This document shows, in pieces, positions 21,610-30,048 of a DNA stretch of 64,000 nucleotides (positions are counted from its first letter, which is position 1; the number at the start of each line of letters is the position of its first letter). The notes under the pieces were generated by a model, which was not told the DNA's origin, ran no database searches, and worked only from the letters and a program-made list of their open reading frames with translations. Source of the stretch: an uncultured Verrucomicrobiae bacterium (GTDB taxonomy: Bacteria; Verrucomicrobiota; Verrucomicrobiia; Limisphaerales; Palsa-1400); NCBI GenBank assembly GCA_963702845.1, contig OY969763.1:3392001-3456000 (forward strand), given 5' to 3'. The translations under genes and the position numbers were made by a program.

Positions 21610-23355
21610 TCACACTTTAGCTGTCGCGACTTCCCTGCTTAGGTCGGTCTCAGTGGGCATCACCAGTTCATGCAATGAAACGCTCTCATTTACTTGCAAG
21701 AGACGGCCCTGCAGGATCGGAACGGCCATTCGTAAGAACAGAGTATAGGCCATAATCCCAAACGCCCAGATGCCTACGCAGACTAATGTTTCGTTCATGC
21801 TCGGCGAATATTCGACGATTTCGCCCAAGGGGGTTGGGATGAATCCAGGCACCACCAGCCCCATGCCTTTTTCGATCCAGATGCCCACAATGGACAGGAC
21901 ACAAGCAACGTCGAGCCATTTCAAGCTCCGACTAATGGGTAGAATCAGCAGAACCATCGCGATCAGGTTAAAGGCAACCGCGGTCCAAATCCACGGCACC
22001 AATGCGTGGTGACCGTCCAGACCGAAGAACAGGTAAGTCGCCGATGAGACATTCTTGGACTTGCTGTAAAACTCCTTAAACACTTCGTTAAGCAACAGGA
22101 AAACGTTAATCAGCATCGCGACCTGGACAATGCTGCGCAAAGTCATCAATGACCGGTCAGTGATCATCAATCGTTCCGACATCCTCGCGTGGACAATCTG
22201 GTTCAGCCGTGGAGTTTTCATCAACTTCCTCAGGCCTTCCGCTGAGACGCACAAGATAGTTGAATGCTCTTCCGCGATGGCCGTGGCCGTCCGCACCGTT
22301 CCGGCAAGAGCAGAGACTTCTCCAAATTGATCTCCCGGACCGGCCGTGCGGATAATTCGATAGCGCCCATTCTCTTCGCGCTTGATGACGACGCGGCCAG
22401 TTAATACGAAGAACGCTTCCTTCTTCATTTGTCCCTGGGTGAGCAAAATATCTCCCACAGATGCTTCCAGGACCGTTGCATCCGCCGCTACTTCCTGCCT
22501 GATCGCCTGGCTGACGCCTTCCATTTCCAACAAATGTTTCGCCAGGTGTTTGAGGTCGTCCAATGTCGCTGGACGGCTGGGTAAAACTTCGTGCGGCGAC
22601 GGCCCATACCGCAACGCCGTTGAGGAGGTGACTCGCCGCACCACTTGTAGCGCCAAAATGATCAGCGCCGGGCCAGCCGTAAACGCCGACGCCAAAAAGC
22701 GTGGACCGACTATCGCCGAGTTCCAAAAATGTCTTCCACCCAACCCGACATACAGAAAGGCGGTTACGGTATGAATCGAAATCGCCCAAACAATTGCGAT
22801 AAATACGAATGGAATGTAAAACCACTTTGATGGCTTCCGATTGCGATACCGACAATAGAGCAGATACCCGCAGATATAGACGTTAAGAAACAAGTAGCCG
22901 TTGAGAACGACGACGTCCCAGCTCAACATCGAGTGAGGGAAATTGAATTGTCCAATGCCAGGGATGAGGTGCCAGAAGCGGTCGGGTCGGCCAAGGTCAA
23001 CCGTCACAAACGCCAGGCACATCAGAATCGCAGCCACCGCCAACAACTCGCCGAAAATGACAAGATCATGCAGGTCCTCATTGCTGTATATATAGACAGG
23101 GATGACCAACATGGCAGCCGCAGCCGCAACGCCAACGATAAATGTGAAGTTGGAGATATAGACGCCCCAGGACACCTGGTCGCTCATGTTCGTTGTAATC
23201 AATCCATGCACGAACTGTTTGCAGTAGGCATTTAACCCCACCATGCAGAGGATAAATAAAACGCCCAGCCAAAGGTAGTAACGCCAGTCACCGACAAATG
23301 CCACCCTCGCACAGCGGTACAAAAACCGCAGATAATTTTTTGCAGCAGTAATCAT
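21610..23355 (-). CDS. nrfD: NrfD/PsrC-family quinol-binding membrane subunit (CbcU-like) with inserted cNMP-binding domain
   Basis: VSWGVYISNF, VDLGRPDRFWH, SMLSWDV, WIEKGMG..PGFIP; internal GDQFGEVSALAGTVRTATA. Confidence 0.88.
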   Translation of the reverse strand: MITAAKNYLRFLYRCARVAFVGDWRYYLWLGVLFILCMVGLNAYCKQFVHGLITTNMSDQVSWGVYISNFTFIVGVAAAAAMLVIPVYIYSNEDLHDLVIFGELLAVAAILMCLAFVTVDLGRPDRFWHLIPGIGQFNFPHSMLSWDVVVLNGYLFLNVYICGYLLYCRYRNRKPSKWFYIPFVFIAIVWAISIHTVTAFLYVGLGGRHFWNSAIVGPRFLASAFTAGPALIILALQVVRRVTSSTALRYGPSPHEVLPSRPATLDDLKHLAKHLLEMEGVSQAIRQEVAADATVLEASVGDILLTQGQMKKEAFFVLTGRVVIKREENGRYRIIRTAGPGDQFGEVSALAGTVRTATAIAEEHSTILCVSAEGLRKLMKTPRLNQIVHARMSERLMITDRSLMTLRSIVQVAMLINVFLLLNEVFKEFYSKSKNVSSATYLFFGLDGHHALVPWIWTAVAFNLIAMVLLILPISRSLKWLDVACVLSIVGIWIEKGMGLVVPGFIPTPLGEIVEYSPSMNETLVCVGIWAFGIMAYTLFLRMAVPILQGRLLQVNESVSLHELVMPTETDLSREVATAKV

Positions 23356-24314
23356 ACGTCAAAGTAGTAATAAAATCGTGGGTTGTTCCCGACTTCCTCT
23401 TTCAATTGAATAAACACGCGCTTCTCCCGAAGGATGTGATAAACCTCGCTATTCGGATCGAGCACGTTGCCAAATTTTCGAGCGCCCGCCGGGCAGACGT
23501 CGTGGCACGCGGGCATCTTTCCGGCGCGCGTCCGTTGAATGCACCAGTGGCACTTTTCCATCACGCCTTGTCGGCGCGGACGATTACCAAGATAGGACAT
23601 GTTCGGGTTAAGCCGCTCTTTCGGCACTTCCGGTTTCGTCCAATTGAAGCGACGCGCAAAGTAGGGGCACGCGGCTTCGCAGTAGCGGCAGCCAATGCAC
23701 CAATCGTAATCGATTACAGTAATTCCATCCGATTCCGTCCACGTCGCTTTGACAGGACAAACCTGGCTGCAAGCAGAGTTGCGGCATTGCTGGCATGCCA
23801 CGGGCATGTAGAAGAAGCCTTTTTCCGGCACTTGCGCCGTATCATAATTGTGTTGGCCCTCTTCCGGATTGAGCGAGCCATGCGGCATCTTCAACACGCG
23901 GATGTATTGCATCTCGGGATTGCGTGACAAATTATTTTCCTGGGCGCAGGCGTGAACGCATTTACGACAACCGATGCAACGCGTCAGGTTCAGGCAATAG
24001 ACAAACTCCACCCCGTCCATCGGCTTGTAATCCTTCACATGGGGACGGATGCCGTATTGTTTCTCGACTTCTTTCTCGATGCGCTTTAGCACCAGGCCCA
24101 TTTCGTCCGGCGTCATCTCGCGATAATGCTTTTGGAAAAACTTTTCCATGGACGTGTAATCCGTCAGGTCACGCAACGGCTCTAGCGCGGCCGCCATTGC
24201 CGCCACGCCGGCAATTGCCACGGCTGACGTGCGCAGGAAACTGCGACGATCAACCCGTTGTCCGCCTGAAGAACATCCACCCGAACTCGAATCGGTTTTG
24301 CAATTGCAGCTCAT
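23352..24314 (-). CDS. Tat-exported 4Fe-4S dicluster protein (NrfC/CbcT-like)
   Basis: DRRSFLR twin-arginine motif; CIGCRKCVHAC, CQQC..SACSQVCP, CIGCRYCEAACP, KCHWC..ACHDVCP; ATG overlaps the upstream TGA. Confidence 0.9.
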   Translation of the reverse strand: MSCNCKTDSSSGGCSSGGQRVDRRSFLRTSAVAIAGVAAMAAALEPLRDLTDYTSMEKFFQKHYREMTPDEMGLVLKRIEKEVEKQYGIRPHVKDYKPMDGVEFVYCLNLTRCIGCRKCVHACAQENNLSRNPEMQYIRVLKMPHGSLNPEEGQHNYDTAQVPEKGFFYMPVACQQCRNSACSQVCPVKATWTESDGITVIDYDWCIGCRYCEAACPYFARRFNWTKPEVPKERLNPNMSYLGNRPRRQGVMEKCHWCIQRTRAGKMPACHDVCPAGARKFGNVLDPNSEVYHILREKRVFIQLKEEVGNNPRFYYYFDV

Positions 24315-25012
24315 GAGTAAAATTCCTGTAGTGAGGTTACAGCTTTGGTCGTTGAAACTTCTTTGGAAGCAGGTTCCTTCGAACCTTGCGCTTTGCGCGT
24401 CTCTGGCTGTGGATGCAACAAGTGCGGCCCCGGCGCGGGTTTGCGTCCGGGAAATTTCGGATGATGCGGATCGTGGCAAGCCGTGCAAACCTCGCGCTTC
24501 ATTTCGCCGAGTTGCGTATTCCAGTAGCCACTGGTCCGGCCATGCATACCAGCTTCCCAATCGCGATAAGTCGGTCCGTGGCAGCTGCCGCACAACGCTG
24601 GACTATTGGTAATACTAATCTCGCGGCCGTCACGTGCCTGCAGCGTGTCCAGCTTCGATTCGTTGTGACAATTGAAACAATTATTATTTCGATCGTGCGT
24701 GCCGTGTCCCATCACAATGTCTTTATGTTCGACCGGCACTACGATCTTCCCTTCCTTATCGAATTGGATTTTCGGCGGTTTGGCTTTGTCGTGACAGGCG
24801 TAACAGTCAAAGTCGGAAAGGTCGGCTCCAGTGCGGTAAAGAAATTCTGCCGGAACACGCGCGGTCGCGGTGCTCAGAAAGTTCGTGTCAACCAGATCGA
24901 TATGCGGGAGCACTGGCGCCTTGCCCCAGAGGTTCAACAGGAACGATCCCGCAAGGCCGAATAGGGCAATTGTCAGTCCGGTCAATACTGCGTTAGTTTT
25001 CGAACTTTTCAT
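24311..25012 (-). CDS. Membrane-anchored tetraheme cytochrome c (CbcS-like)
   Basis: N-terminal TM; CYACH, CFNCH, CGSCH, CTACH; directly upstream of the Fe-S and NrfD genes. Confidence 0.85.
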   Translation of the reverse strand: MKSSKTNAVLTGLTIALFGLAGSFLLNLWGKAPVLPHIDLVDTNFLSTATARVPAEFLYRTGADLSDFDCYACHDKAKPPKIQFDKEGKIVVPVEHKDIVMGHGTHDRNNNCFNCHNESKLDTLQARDGREISITNSPALCGSCHGPTYRDWEAGMHGRTSGYWNTQLGEMKREVCTACHDPHHPKFPGRKPAPGPHLLHPQPETRKAQGSKEPASKEVSTTKAVTSLQEFYS

Positions 25013-25104
25013 TTGCTGGTAGTAATTTGCTCGTTTGACACCAATTTTGACTCAACTTTACTTGTCAGAGGTTTCGCATTTTTTGCTTAGTAGTCCCCAC
25101 CCGT

Positions 25105-26577
25105 TCACAGACCGCCGTTGTGACAATCCGTGCAGAGATACGCCGGGTCATATTCCTCTTCAGGATGTTTGAATTTCTGCCCGAGGCTGAGCTGTTCCAA
25201 TTCCTTGCCCTTTCCTTGCGCGATAATTGTGTGACATGCATCACAGTCGTTGGACTTTATGCTCAGCGTACGGTCGCTCGTTGTGTGTTTGCCGTCATGA
25301 CAACGGAAGCAGCCCAGCCAATCCTTATGCCCGATGTTATCCGGATAGGCTCGCCAGCTGGCTTTCATTTCCGGGAAAAAATTGTCACTGTAAATCCGTT
25401 GTACGGTGTCGATGGCCGTGCGCACGCGCGGCTCATCACCAAATTTGTTCAATAGTGTGGTCGCGATTCCTTGCATCGCCTCGGCGTCGTCTTTATAGGG
25501 CTTTACCAATACCCCGATGGCGTTCGTTTTTATAAAAGGCAACGCGCGATCAATTTTTCCAAGCGAGAGAGCCATGTTGACTGCATTCTCAGGAGTCTCG
25601 TAACGGTGCGCCGGTCGATTGTGGCAATCCATACAATCCATTCTCCGGACCGCAAACTGGGTCAAATCATTGGTATATTTTGAATCGCGGAATTCGCGCA
25701 CCACGCCTTGCGGATCGGTCATGCGGACCCATGGAATTTTCTGCCGCGCATCGTCCACCGCGGTGTACTCAATCTTGTTGCCAACATTCATGTGCCAATG
25801 AATTCCTCCCACCGGCCCATGTGTTGCATCGCCACCACCAACCTTCAGCAACATGCGAATCGAAAACGGCGAATTGTCTTTGTCGGTTAAGAAATAATTA
25901 AAGGTTCGCTCAACATTGCCGACAAATTTTTTTGGCCAGTGACATTCTTCGCATGTCTCTTGAGCCGGGCGCAGATTCTTCACCGGCGTCGGAATGGGCG
26001 TCGGATACTTTTTTGCGAGAGTCGCGTAAACCTGGTAGCTGCCGGAAAGCTTTGAACGCACATACCACCCTGCCCCTTTGCCGATATGACATTCTGCGCA
26101 CGCGACGCGTGCATGTGGCGAGTGCTGATAGCTGACCATCTCTGGCTTCATCACACCGTGGCAAGCCTGCCCGCAGAATTGCACCGACTCCGTATAGTGA
26201 TAGCTGTGGTAGCTGCCCACCGCCGTCGCCAGCAGAAACGCCACGCTGCCTGTGAGGAAGCCGGCCAACAGCCGCCGATCACGTGGTTTTGATAAATCAA
26301 TGCGTATCGGCGCAGTTCCATCCGTGGACACTACCTTGCGCCGCCACAAGACAGCGCCCACCACAAAAATGACAAACCCGAGCACCAAAAACATTGGCGC
26401 GACGAGGTAAGTAAGAATTCCAACATACGGATTCGAAAAATGCGAAAACGAATCCAGCACAAACAACAGCACAAACGCGAAGACGCTGGCCACCACGATG
26501 GTCAGGCCGCTCAGGCTGATCCAATTGCGAAATAAAGAGGGGCGTTGCGCAGAAGCGGGTGTTGGGATTGCGGACAT
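25105..26577 (-). CDS. ImcH-like NapC/NirT-family inner-membrane heptaheme cytochrome c
   Basis: 3 N-terminal TMs; FCGQACH, CAECH, CEECH (RPAQETCEECHWP), GIHWH, CMDCHNRPAH, CFRCH, CDACH, CTDCH. Confidence 0.85.
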   Translation of the reverse strand: MSAIPTPASAQRPSLFRNWISLSGLTIVVASVFAFVLLFVLDSFSHFSNPYVGILTYLVAPMFLVLGFVIFVVGAVLWRRKVVSTDGTAPIRIDLSKPRDRRLLAGFLTGSVAFLLATAVGSYHSYHYTESVQFCGQACHGVMKPEMVSYQHSPHARVACAECHIGKGAGWYVRSKLSGSYQVYATLAKKYPTPIPTPVKNLRPAQETCEECHWPKKFVGNVERTFNYFLTDKDNSPFSIRMLLKVGGGDATHGPVGGIHWHMNVGNKIEYTAVDDARQKIPWVRMTDPQGVVREFRDSKYTNDLTQFAVRRMDCMDCHNRPAHRYETPENAVNMALSLGKIDRALPFIKTNAIGVLVKPYKDDAEAMQGIATTLLNKFGDEPRVRTAIDTVQRIYSDNFFPEMKASWRAYPDNIGHKDWLGCFRCHDGKHTTSDRTLSIKSNDCDACHTIIAQGKGKELEQLSLGQKFKHPEEEYDPAYLCTDCHNGGL

Positions 26578-26620
26578 ATTGATTTGTTCCAATTTGAAAA
26601 TCTGATGACAACGCCCTTTG

Positions 26621-26655
26621 CACCCTTATCCCCTCTCCTCAAATGAGGAGAGGGA
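26621..26655. repeat. Palindromic REP-like hairpin
   Basis: CCCTCTCCTC-AAAT-GAGGAGAGGG. Confidence 0.55.
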
Positions 26656-26673
26656 TTAATTCACGGACGATTA

Positions 26674-27006
26674 TTACTTCTTGAAACTGCGCATTTTGGC
26701 CACGAGCGCTTTGATTTGATCGTCGCTCAGACCGTCAGCCGGTTTCATCAGCGTCTTGCCGTCCTTGTCTTTCAATCCTTCCTTCACGGCTTTGACCGCT
26801 TCATCGTCCTTCACTTCTCCTTGAACCTTGGCGTCGGTGTAATCCTTCGCGCCAAGTTTCTTGCCCATCTTTGTGTCGCCTTTGCCATCGGGTCCATGGC
26901 ACTTGGCGCATTGTTTGTCATAGTTGGCCTGGGTATCGTCGGCACGCACGCTGATCAGGCCGAGTGCCGAGAGTGCAATTCCCAGTATCAACAGGTTCTT
27001 TTTCAT
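26674..27006 (-). CDS. Periplasmic monoheme class I cytochrome c
   Basis: Signal peptide; CAKCHGPDGKG; distal Met (LMKP). Confidence 0.92.
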   Translation of the reverse strand: MKKNLLILGIALSALGLISVRADDTQANYDKQCAKCHGPDGKGDTKMGKKLGAKDYTDAKVQGEVKDDEAVKAVKEGLKDKDGKTLMKPADGLSDDQIKALVAKMRSFKK

Positions 27007-27117
27007 GTTTTTCTCCTGAGCTTATGTTTTCATCCCGGCGCCAAGCTCTAGCTCGTCGGGCGATTTCCTGCGGGAAATCGTTGCCGGCCGGGACCCGATC
27101 CAAGACCGGCACCGAAA

Positions 27118-27447
27118 TTACTTCTTGAACGAACGAATCTTGGCGACGAGTGCTTTTGCATCCTCATCAGTGGCGGCTTCCAGGGGTTTCATGCGGACTT
27201 TTTCACCTTCTTTCACCCCTTCCTTAATGGCGGCGATCGCCTTCTCGTCTGTGAATGTGGCTTGATACTTCGCATCGGTGAAATCCTTCACGCCGATCTT
27301 TTCACCCATCTTTGTTTTGCCTACGCCGTCAGGGCCGTGACATTTGGCGCAGGTCTTTTCCCAGATTGCATTGGCATCCCCCGCGCAAACAGAGGCGGTA
27401 ATGGTTCCAAATGCGACGAGTGTCGCAACTAATGTTGATACTTTCAT
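27118..27447 (-). CDS. Periplasmic monoheme class I cytochrome c (tandem paralog)
   Basis: Signal peptide from MKVSTLV; CAKCHGPDG; RMKP; ends KALVAKIRSFKK like its neighbour. Confidence 0.92.
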   Translation of the reverse strand: MKVSTLVATLVAFGTITASVCAGDANAIWEKTCAKCHGPDGVGKTKMGEKIGVKDFTDAKYQATFTDEKAIAAIKEGVKEGEKVRMKPLEAATDEDAKALVAKIRSFKK

Positions 27448-28119
27448 ATGTGGTGGTTGATTTGTTGCGGTTGCACATGCCAATACTTTCTGGTCCGCTT
27501 GGCCTTCGTTAGCATTAGCATTGTTAACTTTCACACCATCAGAATGAAGCACAGGCTAATTATGGGCTTCTCGGTAATTGCCAATTAGTTGACGTTTCTT
27601 GCGCCATACCAAACCGCATTTGGTGATGTGCCTTTAGCTGACAGAGGAATGTGCTGTGAATACGACGTAAATCCGGTTTGAAGTGAACTACTGTAGGCAA
27701 AAATTATGTTGTCAAATTCACAATTCCCGCAGGCAAAAAATGCCTGGTCCCGCTTGGCCACCACCAGCTCGCCCGCTCGTTTAAATTATGAAAAGGAAAC
27801 TACCGACGCGTTGGTTTTCAAATTGACTGATGGGCCCAATCACATCCTCGCCACAATCCCGCATTGCATTAGAGGAGGTCAGAGCGCAAAACTGGTCCGT
27901 CACCACCACCAAAACTCAAAACCATTATGGACAAAGTCACACGATACGAATGGCACGGCAGTTGGCTCCTGTTCCTCGTTCTTTGCGTATTCGGTATAAC
28001 AATCCCGTTCGCAATCCTTTACTTCATCACGAACCTTCTCACGATCCAAACACAGGTTGCCGACGGCACCAAACTTTCCGAATTCCTCGAAACACGAGCA
28101 TAAACTCACTAGCCAGCAA

Positions 28120-29286
28120 CTACCTGGCCACGGGCGCACTCGTGCGCAGAACAGGCACAATGGTGTTGGTGCTCAAGGTAACAGCAGGAACATTATTGCT
28201 CACAACAACCACAGGCGCGACCGCCGCAAGATTCAACACCACGTTCGTATAACTTCGCGTCGAGTGGCATGTGCCCGTGCACGAGCCGCCATTGGGGTTC
28301 TGAATGAAATTGACCTTCAACATCCAGCCGCCCTTGCCGTATGGAACGGCATCGCGAATCTGATGTTTTTGCGATGACGCGTGGACCTCATGACATGCAC
28401 GGCAGGTCCGGCCACGCTCCGCCTTGTTGACGTGAACGAAGTGAAGGTTCTTTGAGCCATTGCGGAACTGCGTCAGGTTGGTCGTCGTCGCGCTGGTGAA
28501 AATCGTTTCCTCGTGGCATTGGAAACATAGCCCATAATTCTTCGCGTCGTATGGCGAATAGAACGTCGCGGGAAAGGCATCCATCAAAATGCTGTAATGG
28601 TCCGAACCATGCGGCTGATGGCACGCCGTGCAATCCTTCGACGCCACCGGTCCGTGCTGTTCCGGATTGTTCGCCAGCACCGTCTTGATGTTCTGCAACA
28701 GCTTACCGACGTGGTTCGTCACGCCGTCTTTGCCATGGCAATCCAGGCAAAGCTCGTAAGCTGGTTTCGCGAGCAAATGTTCGTGCTCCGACGCATGCGG
28801 ATTGTGGCAGTTAAGACATTTCTTGCCCGTGGTTAATGCGTCATGCTTCACCTTCGAATTGAGCGACGCATCTTTAATCGGGTCATGGCAGGTCAAACAA
28901 AGCGCATCGGGCTCATTCACGAGCAATTTTACCTTCATCGAATCGTGCGGGTTATGGCAAAGCGTGCAGTCGGCCTCCATTGGTTTGTGCTTGTACTTTA
29001 GCGTGATAAGCTTCTTGAAATCATCGTGGCACTCGATGCAGCTCGCGCTGATGTTCGTGTTCGACAACGCCCCGGGATTCTTCGGGTCTTTATTGACGTG
29101 ACAACTGCTGCAGTCGTTTTTGTCCGCGTCGTACGCCTGGTGCGACGACGCGCCCTTCACTGCCAATGGCAACAGTAACTTTTTGTCAGGGTGAACCATT
29201 GTTGCGACCGCGAGCGGATTCTTTTCCGCGCGGGCGACAACTGTCGCAGCCATCAAAGCCGCGAGCATCAGTGAAAGGTGTTTCAT
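28120..29286 (-). CDS. Decaheme cytochrome c (paired-CxxCH type), exported
   Basis: Signal peptide; 9 CxxCH plus CTGTCH; repeated H.P...C..CHNPH units. Confidence 0.9.
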   Translation of the reverse strand: MKHLSLMLAALMAATVVARAEKNPLAVATMVHPDKKLLLPLAVKGASSHQAYDADKNDCSSCHVNKDPKNPGALSNTNISASCIECHDDFKKLITLKYKHKPMEADCTLCHNPHDSMKVKLLVNEPDALCLTCHDPIKDASLNSKVKHDALTTGKKCLNCHNPHASEHEHLLAKPAYELCLDCHGKDGVTNHVGKLLQNIKTVLANNPEQHGPVASKDCTACHQPHGSDHYSILMDAFPATFYSPYDAKNYGLCFQCHEETIFTSATTTNLTQFRNGSKNLHFVHVNKAERGRTCRACHEVHASSQKHQIRDAVPYGKGGWMLKVNFIQNPNGGSCTGTCHSTRSYTNVVLNLAAVAPVVVVSNNVPAVTLSTNTIVPVLRTSAPVAR

Positions 29287-29994
29287 TTAGTGTTCCACAG
29301 TTACTTTGGCGTTCTCGATCATCACCGGCCACTTGTAACCGGAACCGAAATCGCGGTTCAGCGTGACTTTGCCCGTCACTAAAATAGTATCGCCAAGTTT
29401 CGCCACGCTTTCGGAAGTAACCATCAAATCATTATTGCCAGTGCCGCCGGTGCCGTCTTTGACGTGAATCCAGTTTTTGCCCAATATTTTACCGTTATAT
29501 TTCGTAACTTTGCCACGCACTGTGACGGTTTTACCTTTGAGACCGTCCTTCTTGGCAAAAATCTCCTCAACCGTGACGCCACCGTCGGCTTTCTTGACCC
29601 CGGTCAAATCGACCTTTGGCGCTTTAGTAATACTCGGATGTCCCGACGGCAATGGTTCATCACTCTTCGCTATCGGCCGCTCAACCCCCTCCGCCGCCGC
29701 GCCGTTCACTGAAACTTTGTCGGTAAAATAAACCGAATCAAAATCGCGGTCCAACGCGCGGCTGTGATAACCCGCCACCGACATTGAATTCACGATCACA
29801 ACGGCGTCACCAACCTCCACCTTAATCGTCGGCGTCGCTGCCCAGACTTTCGCCTTTCCCGTGTCGATCTGTATGTAGGTGTAGGACGCCACATTAGTCG
29901 TTTCGAGCACCTTGCCCGAAATCGTCTCGGCCGCGTTTGCGCAAATACCGGCCACAACCAGGCAACCGGCGATCAATATCATTTTAATTTTCAT
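29287..29994 (-). CDS. Exported tandem OB-fold protein (NrfJ-like)
   Basis: Signal peptide; GKVLET..VASYTYIQI, LPSGHP linker, VTVRGKV..ILGKNWIHVKDG, RDFGSGY. Confidence 0.7.
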   Translation of the reverse strand: MKIKMILIAGCLVVAGICANAAETISGKVLETTNVASYTYIQIDTGKAKVWAATPTIKVEVGDAVVIVNSMSVAGYHSRALDRDFDSVYFTDKVSVNGAAAEGVERPIAKSDEPLPSGHPSITKAPKVDLTGVKKADGGVTVEEIFAKKDGLKGKTVTVRGKVTKYNGKILGKNWIHVKDGTGGTGNNDLMVTSESVAKLGDTILVTGKVTLNRDFGSGYKWPVMIENAKVTVEH

Positions 29995-30048
29995 AATTTC
30001 ATAGGTTCGGCACGTTGCTTCGCGCGCGCCTCAGTTTCATAATCGCAT

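Noticed and set aside
24315..24593. N-terminal extension of the Fe-S protein ORF
   Set aside because: Overlaps the tetraheme gene; ATG at 24314 couples to its stop and precedes the Tat motif
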